Shown here one piece after another: positions 30,375 through 39,443 of a stretch of 64,000 nucleotides of DNA. The DNA lies in NCBI GenBank assembly GCA_963771355.1, contig CAVYTA010000006.1, positions 2,656,001 to 2,720,000 on the forward strand, written 5' to 3'. Made by a program: the position numbers and the translations under genes. Positions within the stretch are counted from its first letter, which is position 1; each line of letters begins with the position of its first letter. Under the pieces are notes generated by a model, which saw only the letters and a program-made list of their open reading frames with translations, did no database searches and was not told the origin of the DNA. Source of the stretch: an uncultured Candidatus Rokubacteria bacterium. Its GTDB lineage: Bacteria; Methylomirabilota; Methylomirabilia; Rokubacteriales; CSP1-6.

Positions 30375-32198
30375 TCAGCGGAGGTGGAAGGGGACGTCGA
30401 CCACCACCACGCGCTTGTGGAAGAGAAGCGCGCCTTTGATGAGGAGCGCGGTCTGGTTGTGGAGAAGATGCTGCCACCAGCGTCGCGGGATGAACTCCGG
30501 AATGACGATGGTCACCATGTGGTCCTCGCCGAGGGCGAGGTGGTGGTCGACGTAGTCGAGGAAGGGGGCGAGGAGAGAGCGGTAGGGAGAGCTCAGCACC
30601 ACCAGGGGGATGCCGAGCCCCCACTTCCCCCACTTCTCCTCCAGCCGCCGCGTCCGCTCGGGATCCGTCTCCACGAAGACCGCCTTCACCGCCGGGGACA
30701 GGGATTGCGCGTAGCGGAGCGCCACCGAGACGCCCTGGTGGAGGTCACCCACCAGGACCAGCACCGTGTTGCGAATGGGCGGGGGCGGGTCGTAGCGCTC
30801 CATTGAGAGCTGGCCGGCCACGTCCGCGTAGTGACGATGCACGCCGAGAAACAGCGCCACCAGCAGCGGAATCAGCAGCACCACGATCCACGCGCCGTGC
30901 GTGAACTTGGTGCCCGCAATCACCAGCATGACGAGGCCGGTGATGGTGGCGCCGACCGCGTTGAGCCACCAGCGCCACCACCAGCCCTCCTCCCGGCGGG
31001 TGAGCCAGCGGCGCACCATGCTGGCCTGCGACAGGGTGAAGGAGATGAACACCCCCACTGCGTAGAGCGGGATGAGGGCGTGAGTGTCACCGCCGAAGAG
31101 CACGATGAGGGCGGCCGCCGTCGCCCCCAGGATGATGATGCCGTTCGAGTAGACGAGACGGTCGCCTCGGGTGCCGAACTGGCGGGGGATGAAGCCGTCG
31201 CGGGCCAGGAAGTAGGCGAGCCGCGGAAAGTCGGCGAAGGAGGTATTGGCGGCGAGGATCAGGATCAGCATGGTGACGACCTGGATCTCGTAGTAGAGCA
31301 GGCCCCCGCCGAAGATCTGGCGGGCAAGCTGGGACACCACCGTCTCCTCCGCGCGGGGCACCACGTGGTAGTGGTGGGCGAGGAAGGTGATGCCCATGAA
31401 CAGCACGATGAGGATGACGCCCAGCCAGACCAGCACGGTGCGGGCGTTGCGCGACTCGGGAGGCTCGAAGGCGGGTACCCCGTCCGACACCGCCTCCACG
31501 CCGGTGAGCGCGGTGCAGCCCGAGGCGAAAGCACGGAGGATGAGGAAGAGGGAAGCCGCCTGCAGGCCTTCCGCCGCCACCTCCGGGCGAGGCGGCACGC
31601 CCATCTCCCAGCCGAATGCCCAGCGGGCGAAGCCATAGACGAGCATGGCGCCAAAGCTGGCGATGAAGAGATAGGTGGGGGCGGAGAAGAGCTTGCCGGA
31701 TTCGCGGATCCCGCGGAGGTTGGCGGTGGTGATGGCGGCGATGAAGAGCACTCCCAGCGCCACCCGGTAGTCGAACAGCGCGGGAAAGGCCGAGGTGATG
31801 GCGGCCACGCCGGCGGCCACGCTCACCGCCACCGTCAGCACGTAGTCGATGAGGAGCGCGGCGCCCGCGACCAGCCCGGCGTAGGTGCCGAGATTGTCTT
31901 TGGCCACGATGTAAGCACCGCCGCCCTGGGGATAGCAGCGGATGGTCTGGCGGTAGGAGCTCACCACGATCGCGATGAGGAGCGCGATGGCGATCCCGAT
32001 GGGAATGGAATAGACGAGAGCACCCGTTCCGGCGAGGACCAGGACGAGGAGGATCTCCTCGGTCGCGTACGCCACCGAGGACAGCGCGTCCGACGCGAAG
32101 ACGGCGAGGGCGGAACGCTTGGACAGGCGCTCGTGGTGCGCCTGCGCGGTCGGGATGGGAGCCCCGACGAGGAGGCGCTTGAGCGGACTCATCTTCAT
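30375..32198 (-). CDS. kimA: APC family KimA-like K+ transporter, paralog 1
   Basis: Motifs ASDALSSVAYATEEIL, YPQGGGAY, LTGVEAVSDGV, WWQHLLHNQTA; downstream of c-di-AMP riboswitch. Confidence 0.9.
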   Translation of the reverse strand: MKMSPLKRLLVGAPIPTAQAHHERLSKRSALAVFASDALSSVAYATEEILLVLVLAGTGALVYSIPIGIAIALLIAIVVSSYRQTIRCYPQGGGAYIVAKDNLGTYAGLVAGAALLIDYVLTVAVSVAAGVAAITSAFPALFDYRVALGVLFIAAITTANLRGIRESGKLFSAPTYLFIASFGAMLVYGFARWAFGWEMGVPPRPEVAAEGLQAASLFLILRAFASGCTALTGVEAVSDGVPAFEPPESRNARTVLVWLGVILIVLFMGITFLAHHYHVVPRAEETVVSQLARQIFGGGLLYYEIQVVTMLILILAANTSFADFPRLAYFLARDGFIPRQFGTRGDRLVYSNGIIILGATAAALIVLFGGDTHALIPLYAVGVFISFTLSQASMVRRWLTRREEGWWWRWWLNAVGATITGLVMLVIAGTKFTHGAWIVVLLIPLLVALFLGVHRHYADVAGQLSMERYDPPPPIRNTVLVLVGDLHQGVSVALRYAQSLSPAVKAVFVETDPERTRRLEEKWGKWGLGIPLVVLSSPYRSLLAPFLDYVDHHLALGEDHMVTIVIPEFIPRRWWQHLLHNQTALLIKGALLFHKRVVVVDVPFHLR

Positions 32199-32213
32199 CG
32201 CTTCTCCCAGCGA

Positions 32214-32326
32214 GCGCCTACGAGGTTAGCTGCCGGGTTCGGGCCTGGGACGCCCTACCGCAGTCCGACGCGGATTCACCCCGATGTAACGGGTCCCCCG
32301 TTTCCCCTCGCGGGGAAATTCGGCGC
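32214..32326 (-). ncRNA. c-di-AMP (ydaO/yuaA) riboswitch
   Basis: Ordered motifs GCCGAAU, GGGGAAACGGGGGACCC, GGGGUGAAUCC, GGUAGGG, CCCGAACCCGGCAGCUAACCUCGUAGGCG. Confidence 0.92.
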
Positions 32327-32452
32327 AACGGCTGGATGCTACTCCCTCCCGCCCTCGCTTGGCAACCAAGGCGAGGCCGAGGCGTGGCAAACTAGGCCCG
32401 CGGGTACCCGGACCTGCGGTGGGGTTCACGGATGCGCCGCCAGGAGGACTCG

Positions 32453-32929
32453 ATGGACATTCTGCTCCCGGACATTCCGGTGGTCGAGAAGGTGATCCGC
32501 ACCGTGGTGATCTACGGCTTCCTGCTGGTCGCCTTCCGGCTCGCGGGCAAGCGGCAGGTCGGCCAGATGTCGCCCTTCGATCTGATCGTGCTCCTGGTGA
32601 TCAGCAACGCCGTGCAGAACGCCATCATCGGCGATGACCAATCCCTGGGCGGGGGTCTCATCAGCGCCACCGCGCTGCTGGTGCTGAACGGCGTGGTGGC
32701 CTGGGCCTCGACGCGGTTCCGGGGATTCGGGCGTCTGGTCGAGAACACGCCCACCATCCTGGTGCAGCACGGCCACGTGCTCGTGGACAACCTCCGGCGC
32801 GAGTGCATGACGCTCCCCGAGCTGCGCGCCGCGCTCCGGCGCGAAGGCGTGAGCTCCGTCACCGACGTCCGTTACGCCATTCTCGAAGAGGACGGACACG
32901 TGAGCGTCATCCGTCGACGGCCGGCCTGA
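32453..32929 (+). CDS. DUF421 (YetF) membrane protein
   Basis: Motifs GKRQVGQMSPFDLIV, P.ILV..G, LR..G......V.YAILEEDG.VSV. Confidence 0.88.
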   Translation: MDILLPDIPVVEKVIRTVVIYGFLLVAFRLAGKRQVGQMSPFDLIVLLVISNAVQNAIIGDDQSLGGGLISATALLVLNGVVAWASTRFRGFGRLVENTPTILVQHGHVLVDNLRRECMTLPELRAALRREGVSSVTDVRYAILEEDGHVSVIRRRPA

Positions 32930-32931
32930 GC

Positions 32932-33594
32932 GTGGATCCCGGCGAGCTGATCCACCACTGGGGCTACGGCGCCCTCTTCCTCCTCGTCATCCTGGGGAAC
33001 ATGGGGCTGCCCCTGCCCGAGGAGACCATCCTCATCCTCGCCGGCTACATGTCATGGCGAGGCCAGCTTCGGCTGCCCATCGTCCTCGCCATCGGCATCG
33101 TGAGCGCGACGGGCGGCGACAACATCGGCTACTGGATCGGGCAGCGCTACGGGCGCACGACGCTGGAGCGCCACTCCCGCTGGCTACTCGGCCATCCCGA
33201 TCGCCTCGCCATGATGCAGGACTTCGTGGCCCGGCGCGGCGCCCTGGCCGTCTTCGTGGCGCGCTTCGTCCCCGGCCTCCGCTTCATGGCCGGCCCCCTG
33301 GCGGGGGCGCTGGGCCTGCCCTTCCGCACCTTCTTCACCGCGAATCTGCTGGGGGCGGTGGTCTACGTGCCCATCGTGGTGAGCGTGGGCTACTACGGCC
33401 TCGGCTACGGACTGGGCCAGTACCTGGAACGGTTCCGGGAAATGGGAACCGATCTGGAGGGGCTGGTGCTCCTGGCGGCCTTGCTGAGCTTCGCCGGGAT
33501 ACTCGCCTGGCGGATCGTGCGGGCGTCCCGCCGCGGGGGCGGGGGCTCGGAGCCCCCGCCGCCGACGTCGGTGCCGGACGGACGCGGGATCTAG
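32932..33594 (+). CDS. DedA family membrane protein
   Basis: Motifs GLPLPEETIL..AG, GDNIGYWIG, ARFVPGLR. Confidence 0.88.
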   Translation: MDPGELIHHWGYGALFLLVILGNMGLPLPEETILILAGYMSWRGQLRLPIVLAIGIVSATGGDNIGYWIGQRYGRTTLERHSRWLLGHPDRLAMMQDFVARRGALAVFVARFVPGLRFMAGPLAGALGLPFRTFFTANLLGAVVYVPIVVSVGYYGLGYGLGQYLERFREMGTDLEGLVLLAALLSFAGILAWRIVRASRRGGGGSEPPPPTSVPDGRGI

Positions 33595-34562
33595 TGCCCC
33601 GGTCCCTCGCCAAACCCGTCGGAGCCCCGTAGACGCTCCTCCGTGCCCGGGATGTACCGACGCTCCAGCTCCTGGAAGTGCGCGACGCGCGCCATGACGT
33701 GGTGGCTCTCGGTGGGATGACCGGCCTTGAGCCGCTCCAGGTTCCACTGCGCCTGCTCCTCGTTCTTCACCAGCTCGTGCATGTGGTTCCACACCGAGTA
33801 CATGGCGGCGTGGGCGCCGAAGAGCGTGATGAAGATGAACTTGTAGCCGAGCTCCCCGAGCTCCCGGAAACTGAGCGGGTTGGGGTCCTGGTTCCACCTG
33901 AAGGATGACGAGTAGTTGAAGGCCAGCGGCAGCTTGGGGTGCGTCTGGCGCATGGCGCGGGCGAACTCGATGGCGGGCTCGCGATCCGATGAGGACAGCT
34001 CCGCCCACACGAGATCCACCCCGGCGTCGGCATAGGCGCGGCCCCGCCAGATCGCCTCGTCCATGCTGCCGCCCACCGCGCCGAAGGCGTCGGTGCGGGC
34101 GATGACCACGAAGTCCCGGTCGAGCCGGTTCCGCTCGTCGAGCGCGGAGCGATACTTCCCGATGGCCTCCTCGCGGCTCACGATGGTCTTGCCCGCGATG
34201 TGTCCGCACCGCTTCGGGAAGCGCTGATCCTCGAGGTGAATGCCGGCCACCCCGGTCTTCACGAACTCCTGCACGGTGCGCATGGTGGACAGCGCGTTGC
34301 CGTACCCGTCATCGGCGTCAGCGATGATCGGCACCTCGACCGCGCTCGCCACCATCGAGGCGATCTTGGTGACCTCGGTCTGGGTGAGGAATCCCATGTC
34401 CGGCCAGCCATTGAGCATGGCCACCGAGTAGCCGGAGAGATAGATCGACTTCATCCCCGCGCGCTCGGCGATCTGCGCGTCGAGCGGCGAGTAGATTCCG
34501 CCGGTGTAGAGGTACGGCTCGTCCTGCAGCAGGCGCCGGAATGCCTTCCCCTTGCTCTCCAT
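33591..34562 (-). CDS. isocitrate lyase-like enzyme (short ICL/PEP mutase family)
   Basis: Motifs YLSGYS, ADADDGYG, KRCGH, ARTD; ICL-type LAFNYSSSFRW and ELGYKFIFITL. Confidence 0.85.
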   Translation of the reverse strand: MESKGKAFRRLLQDEPYLYTGGIYSPLDAQIAERAGMKSIYLSGYSVAMLNGWPDMGFLTQTEVTKIASMVASAVEVPIIADADDGYGNALSTMRTVQEFVKTGVAGIHLEDQRFPKRCGHIAGKTIVSREEAIGKYRSALDERNRLDRDFVVIARTDAFGAVGGSMDEAIWRGRAYADAGVDLVWAELSSSDREPAIEFARAMRQTHPKLPLAFNYSSSFRWNQDPNPLSFRELGELGYKFIFITLFGAHAAMYSVWNHMHELVKNEEQAQWNLERLKAGHPTESHHVMARVAHFQELERRYIPGTEERLRGSDGFGEGPGH

Positions 34563-34574
34563 GTTGGTGAACTC

Positions 34575-34772
34575 CTATCCCGCGAGGAGCGCGTTCGGAC
34601 GGGTTTCGGGTGCCCACGGCAGCTCGAGGATGCTCTCGGCGCAGCTTCCGCAGTAGGCGGCGGACTCGAGCTCGTACGAGCAGGTGAGGCAGCACGGTGC
34701 CCCACACTGGATGCAGCCCAGCTGGTCGAAGTGAAACTGGATCTCGGAACCGCAACGGCAACGAGCCCCCAT
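34575..34772 (-). CDS. small Cys-rich (zinc-finger-like) protein, 65 aa
   Basis: SD GAGGAGG; MGARCRCG...CIQCGAPCCLTC...YCGSCAE. Confidence 0.7.
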   Translation of the reverse strand: MGARCRCGSEIQFHFDQLGCIQCGAPCCLTCSYELESAAYCGSCAESILELPWAPETRPNALLAG

Positions 34773-34807
34773 GTGGCCTCCTCGGTGATGAGTTGACCCG
34801 TGAGAGA

Positions 34808-34822
34808 GCAAGGCGCGTTCCA
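34808..34822 (-). promoter_or_regulatory. sigma54 (-24/-12) promoter
   Basis: TGGAACGCGCCTTGC = GG-N10-GC, next to an AT-rich region downstream of a sigma54 activator gene. Confidence 0.75.
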
Positions 34823-35008
34823 GGCAGGGGGATCCAGCTCGAACTACTTGTAATGTATGACCCTTCTAGAATCTGAAGACACCAAGAAACAGGGGGGAGT
34901 GGGCTATTAGTGTCCCAGTTGGATCAGTGCAACTATTCCACTGAAAATTCAAAGCAGTTGATTTGTTTGGTGCTTCACTCGGAAAACATCTGGGCTACGG
35001 GAGTCACA

Positions 35009-36385
35009 CTAGTGTGACTTGTGGTTCCCGGTACGGTAGGCTTTTGAGTTAATTGAGTATTTAGCGATGAGCCGGTGAAAGTTTCGCCGGGTGATGCGCG
35101 CGCGCTTGGCCGCCAGGGAGATATTGCCCCCGGCCTCGGCAAGGAACCGCGTGACGGCCTCGCGCTCGAACACGGCGATCGCGCGCTCCTTGGCCTCGAG
35201 AAAGCCGTCATCGGTGGACACCCGGAGGGGCCCGCCCTCCTGCAGGTAGAGCGGGAGATGGGGCAGATCGACCTCGCGGGTGGAGGCGAGCACCACCGCC
35301 CGCTCGATGACGTTCTCGAGCTCGCGCAGATTGCCCGGCCACGGATAGCGCGTGAGCAGATCGAGCGCTTCCGGCGAGAACCGGTCCACCTTCTTGTTCA
35401 CCTTGGCCTCGGCCTTGCGCAGAAAGTGATAGGCGAGGACGGGGATGTCCTCCGCGCGCTCGCGCAGGGGCGGCAGTGGGATGGTGAAGGTGTTGAAGCG
35501 GTAGAAGAGGTCGGAGCGGAACTCGCCCACCTCCAGGGCGCGCTCGAGATCGCGATTGGTGGCCGCGATCACGCGCACCCGGATCTTCCGCGTCACCGCG
35601 TCGCCCACCGATTTGATCTCGCCCGCCTGGAGCACGCGGAGGAGCTTGGACTGCATCTCCGGCGGCATGTCGCCGATCTCGTCCAGGAAGATGGTGCCGT
35701 TGTCGGCCTTCTCGAACAGCCCGACCTTGTCGGCCACCGCGCCGGTGAAGGCGCCGCGCTTGTGCCCGAACAGCTCCGATTCCATGAGCGACGCCGTGAC
35801 CGCGGTGCAGTTGACGGTGACCAGCGGCTTGTCGCGCAGGTTCGAGTAGCGATGAATCGCGCGCGCCACCAGCTCCTTGCCCGTCCCCGACTCGCCGCGG
35901 ATGAGGACGGTGGTAGGCGTGGGCGCCACCCGCGCGATCAGCTCGGCCACCTCCTTCATCTTCGGGTTCTGGCCGATGATGAAGTCGCCCTCCGCCTGGC
36001 GCTGGAGCTCACGCAGCATGAGCGAGTAGCGGTCCTCGAGCTCGTCCGACCGCTTGCGCTCGGCGAGCAGATCCCACATGAACTTGGCGCTGGCGCCGCC
36101 CATGACCTCCGTCATGGGAGCCTTGAGACGATGGATCTCCGCCGCCACCGTCGGATTGCCCGTCACGTCGATGATGAGATCCACCCGCGGATCCTGGACG
36201 AGCTCGCGGAAGTCGGTGGCGACGGGGAAGTTGAGGCGGCGGGCCAGCTCGAGGCCGGGCGCCCAGGCGTTCGCGTCGGCCACGCCCACGATGGACACGG
36301 TCGGGTCGCCCACGATCATTTCGAGGAGGGCGCGCCCACCCTTCCCCGCTCCCACGATGATGACCTTGGTCACGGCTGCGGTCAC
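35009..36385 (-). CDS. sigma54-dependent activator with N-terminal Rossmann-like (BkdR-type) domain
   Basis: Motifs [38 protein letters not shown]-terminal HTH. Confidence 0.92.
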   Translation of the reverse strand: MTAAVTKVIIVGAGKGGRALLEMIVGDPTVSIVGVADANAWAPGLELARRLNFPVATDFRELVQDPRVDLIIDVTGNPTVAAEIHRLKAPMTEVMGGASAKFMWDLLAERKRSDELEDRYSLMLRELQRQAEGDFIIGQNPKMKEVAELIARVAPTPTTVLIRGESGTGKELVARAIHRYSNLRDKPLVTVNCTAVTASLMESELFGHKRGAFTGAVADKVGLFEKADNGTIFLDEIGDMPPEMQSKLLRVLQAGEIKSVGDAVTRKIRVRVIAATNRDLERALEVGEFRSDLFYRFNTFTIPLPPLRERAEDIPVLAYHFLRKAEAKVNKKVDRFSPEALDLLTRYPWPGNLRELENVIERAVVLASTREVDLPHLPLYLQEGGPLRVSTDDGFLEAKERAIAVFEREAVTRFLAEAGGNISLAAKRARITRRNFHRLIAKYSINSKAYRTGNHKSH

Positions 36386-36437
36386 GGCTGGGTCATGGCT
36401 GGGTCACGGCTCGACGACCACCCGTCCCCCGGACGGC

Positions 36438-37799
36438 CTAGACGGGCTGGACCTGGCGGCTCGGCGGCGCGAGGTTCTCGAAGGACGCGTACTCGGGAAT
36501 GAAGGTGACCTGCACCTTGCCGGTGGGCCCGTTACGCTGCTTGCCGATGATCACGTCGGCTACCCGGTCCCCGTCCGGCGACTCCAAGCCGTACCGCTCC
36601 GGCCGGTAGAGGAAGAGGATGAGATCGGCGTCCTGCTCGAGGGCTCCGGACTCACGGAGGTCGGACAGCTGCGGCTCCTTGGACTGCCGGGCCTCCACCG
36701 CCCGGGAGAGCTGTGACAGCGCCACCACCGGCACGTTGAGCTCCTTGGCCAGCGCCTTGAGGGAGCGCGAAATCTCGGAGATTTCCTGCTGGCGGTTCTC
36801 GGGGGTGCGACCGCGCATGAGCTGGAGGTAGTCGATGACGATGAGATCCAGGCCGTGCTCCGCCTTCATCCGCCTCGCCTTGGCGCGGGCCTCCAGGACC
36901 GAGAGCGCCGGCGAGTCGTCGATGTAGATCGGCGCGTCGGCGAGCTTGCCGGCGGCGTGCGTCATGCGCGTCCAGTCCCGGGGATCCAGGTAGCCGGTGC
37001 GCACCTTGTGGGAGTCGACGCGGGCCTCCGCGCAGAGCAACCGCTGCACCAGCTGCTCCTTGGACATCTCCAGGCTGAGCACGAGCACCCGCTTGTGGTC
37101 GACGACCCCGGCGTACTTGGCGACGTTCAGCGCGAAGGCGGTCTTTCCCATCGACGGACGTCCGGCGATGATGATGAAGTCGCTGGACTGGAATCCGGAG
37201 GTCATCTCGTCGAGCTTGCCGAACCCGGTGGCGAGCCCGGTGACGTGCTCCTTGCGCTCGTAGAGCCGCTCGATGTGCTCGAAGGTGTCCTTGAGGATGG
37301 CCCGTACCGGGAAGGCCGATCCCTGCATCCGGCGCTCGGAGATCTGGAAGATGAGGCGCTCGGCGTCGTCGAGCAGCTTCTCCACTTCCTGGCTGCCGTC
37401 GTAGCTCTGGGAGATGACCTCGGTGGACACGCGGATGAGGTCGCGCAGGAGCGCCTTCTCGCGGACAATGCTGCCGTAGGCGACGAGGTGGGCGGAGGTG
37501 GCCGCTTCCTCCACCAGCGCCGCGAGGGCGGCGGGGCCGCCCACCGCCTCGAGATGGTTCTGGCGCTTGAGCTCTTCGGACAGGGTGAGCAGGTCCACCG
37601 GCTCGTTGCGCTCGAAGAGCCCGAGCATGGTGTCGAAGATCTTCCGGTGGCCCTCCTTGTAGAAGTCAGAGGGCTTGAGGAGCTCGATGGCCCGCGGCAG
37701 GCTCTCCCGCTCCAGCAGAATGGCGCCCAGCACGGCCCGCTCGGCCTCCAGGCTGTGGGGTGGAATCTTGGAGGTGAGCAGCTCGGTGAGAGTGGCCAC
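36438..37799 (-). CDS. dnaB: replicative DNA helicase
   Basis: Motifs PPHSLEAE, GRPSMGKT, IDYLQL, LSQLSR, DLRESGALEQDAD. Confidence 0.97.
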   Translation of the reverse strand: MATLTELLTSKIPPHSLEAERAVLGAILLERESLPRAIELLKPSDFYKEGHRKIFDTMLGLFERNEPVDLLTLSEELKRQNHLEAVGGPAALAALVEEAATSAHLVAYGSIVREKALLRDLIRVSTEVISQSYDGSQEVEKLLDDAERLIFQISERRMQGSAFPVRAILKDTFEHIERLYERKEHVTGLATGFGKLDEMTSGFQSSDFIIIAGRPSMGKTAFALNVAKYAGVVDHKRVLVLSLEMSKEQLVQRLLCAEARVDSHKVRTGYLDPRDWTRMTHAAGKLADAPIYIDDSPALSVLEARAKARRMKAEHGLDLIVIDYLQLMRGRTPENRQQEISEISRSLKALAKELNVPVVALSQLSRAVEARQSKEPQLSDLRESGALEQDADLILFLYRPERYGLESPDGDRVADVIIGKQRNGPTGKVQVTFIPEYASFENLAPPSRQVQPV

Positions 37800-37801
37800 C
37801 C

Positions 37802-38245
37802 CTACTCCCGGCTGACGGAGACCTTCAGCTGCGCGGTGACGTCGGAGTGCAGCCGAACCGGCACGCTGAACTCGCCCAGCGTCTTGATCGGCTCGTCCAG
37901 CATGATCCGCCGCCGCTCCACCTCGACGCCGTGCTGCGAGAGGAAGGCGGCGATGTCCGCCTTGCCCACCGACCCGAAGAGCTTGCCCTCGTCGGAGGCC
38001 TGCCGGCTCTGAGTGAAGGCGAGCGCCTCGATGGCCTTGGCCTGACCCTCGGACTCGTTGCGGAGCTTGGCCGCCTGGCTCTCCTGGCGCGCCTTGATGG
38101 CATCGAGATTCTTGAGATTGGCCGAGGTCGCGTTCAGCGCGAGCTTGTGAGGCAGGAGGTAGTTGCGGGCATAGCCGTCGGAGACGTCGCGGATCTCGCC
38201 GCGGCGACCGAGCTTCGGCACATCGTCGAGCAGGATGATCTTCAT
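37802..38245 (-). CDS. rplI: 50S ribosomal protein L9
   Basis: MKIILLDDVPKLG..G...V.DGYARNYLLP; GKLFGSV. Confidence 0.96.
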   Translation of the reverse strand: MKIILLDDVPKLGRRGEIRDVSDGYARNYLLPHKLALNATSANLKNLDAIKARQESQAAKLRNESEGQAKAIEALAFTQSRQASDEGKLFGSVGKADIAAFLSQHGVEVERRRIMLDEPIKTLGEFSVPVRLHSDVTAQLKVSVSRE

Positions 38246-38261
38246 CGCGTGCTCACGATCC

Positions 38262-38507
38262 TCACTCGCCCGTGTAGGGGACGAGGGCCACGGTACGCGC
38301 GCGGCGGATGGCGTGGGTGAGCTGCCGCTGGTGGCGGGAGCAGCTCCCGGAGATGCGCCGCGGCGTGATCTTGCCGCGCTCGGACACGAAGCTGCGCAGC
38401 CTCCGGATGTCCTTGTAGTCGATGAGGCTGACCTTGTCGACACAGAACTTGCAGACTTTACGCCGGCCGAACCGGCGCCGCTTCAACGGCTTCGATGCTG
38501 GCGGAAT
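38262..38507 (-). CDS. rpsR: 30S ribosomal protein S18 (start uncertain: ATT at 38507 or TTG at 38486)
   Basis: RRKVCKFC...[25 protein letters not shown]. Confidence 0.93.
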   Translation of the reverse strand: MPPASKPLKRRRFGRRKVCKFCVDKVSLIDYKDIRRLRSFVSERGKITPRRISGSCSRHQRQLTHAIRRARTVALVPYTGE

Positions 38508-38519
38508 GGCTCGCTCCTC

Positions 38520-38927
38520 CTAGAAAGGGACCTCGTCGTCCCCGTCACTTGTGGTCTCGCCGCCCTCGGCGGGAGCCCCCGGCGCCACCGGACTCTTGGT
38601 CCGGCCCATGAACTGCACGCGCTCGGCGACCACCTCGACGACGGTGCGCTTCTGCCCGTCCTTCGTCTCCCAGTCCCGCGTCTGCAGCCGTCCGTCCACC
38701 AGGATGGGGCTCCCCTTATCCAGATACTCCCCGCACGTCTCCGCCTGCTTGCCCCACACCACCACGGTGAGGAAGCACGTCTCCTCCCGCTTCTCGCCGC
38801 TCTGGGTGGTGTAGTTGCGGTTGACCGCGAGCCGGAGATCGGCGACCGCGGTGCCGCTCGGCGTGTAGCGAAGCTCCGGGGGGCGGGTCAGGTTCCCAAT
38901 GAGGAACACCTTGTTCAGGCTCGCCAT
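38520..38927 (-). CDS. ssb: single-stranded DNA-binding protein
   Basis: LNKVFLIGNL, GRLQTR.W, C-terminal DDEVPF. Confidence 0.96.
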   Translation of the reverse strand: MASLNKVFLIGNLTRPPELRYTPSGTAVADLRLAVNRNYTTQSGEKREETCFLTVVVWGKQAETCGEYLDKGSPILVDGRLQTRDWETKDGQKRTVVEVVAERVQFMGRTKSPVAPGAPAEGGETTSDGDDEVPF

Positions 38928-39280
38928 CAGACGACCTCCTCCGGTACCGCGGCCTCCACCTTCGGCGCCGAGCGCTGGCGCTTGCGCACCGGCACCCGCG
39001 TCGTCATGTAGCGGAGGACGTTCTCGTTCAGCTTCAGCTGCCGCTCGAACTCCTTGACCGCGGCCGGCTCGGCCGAGCACGGGATCACCGCATAGGTTCC
39101 CTCGCGCTGCTTGCGGATGTCGTAGGTGAGCCGGCGCTTGCCCCAGTTCTCGACCGTGCCGACCTCCGCGCCCAGCCCCTTGAGCATGTCCTGCAGGCGG
39201 GTGAGGAGTGCCGTCACCTCCTCGTCCGTGGGACGGGGATCGAAGATCACCAAAATCTCGTACGGATACAGTTGCGTCAC
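38927..39280 (-). CDS. rpsF: 30S ribosomal protein S6
   Basis: YE...I..P, WGKRRLTY.I.K...G.Y; rpsF-ssb-rpsR-rplI order. Confidence 0.95.
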   Translation of the reverse strand: MTQLYPYEILVIFDPRPTDEEVTALLTRLQDMLKGLGAEVGTVENWGKRRLTYDIRKQREGTYAVIPCSAEPAAVKEFERQLKLNENVLRYMTTRVPVRKRQRSAPKVEAAVPEEVV

Positions 39281-39375
39281 CCCCTCCAAACCACTCACTC
39301 CGGTCTCGAAAGCAGTTAACCCTACCAGACGACCCGACTTTAGGCAACCTAGCGGGCCGCGGTCAAGACGTGGAC

Positions 39376-39416
39376 AAAAATAGACACGGCCCCTGTCCAG
39401 GAGGACAGAGGCCGTG
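39376..39416 (-). terminator. intrinsic terminator of groESL
   Basis: CACGGCC(T/C)CTGTCC stem followed by TCTATTTTT on the minus strand. Confidence 0.75.
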
Positions 39417-39443
39417 CCCGACCGCGGGTGAAGCTCGCCGGCC

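Noticed and set aside
36438..37799. Intein in dnaB
   Set aside because: Normal length (453 aa) with contiguous motifs.
39281..39345. S6:S18-binding leader RNA
   Set aside because: Position is right, but I could not identify the characteristic CCC-containing structure by eye.
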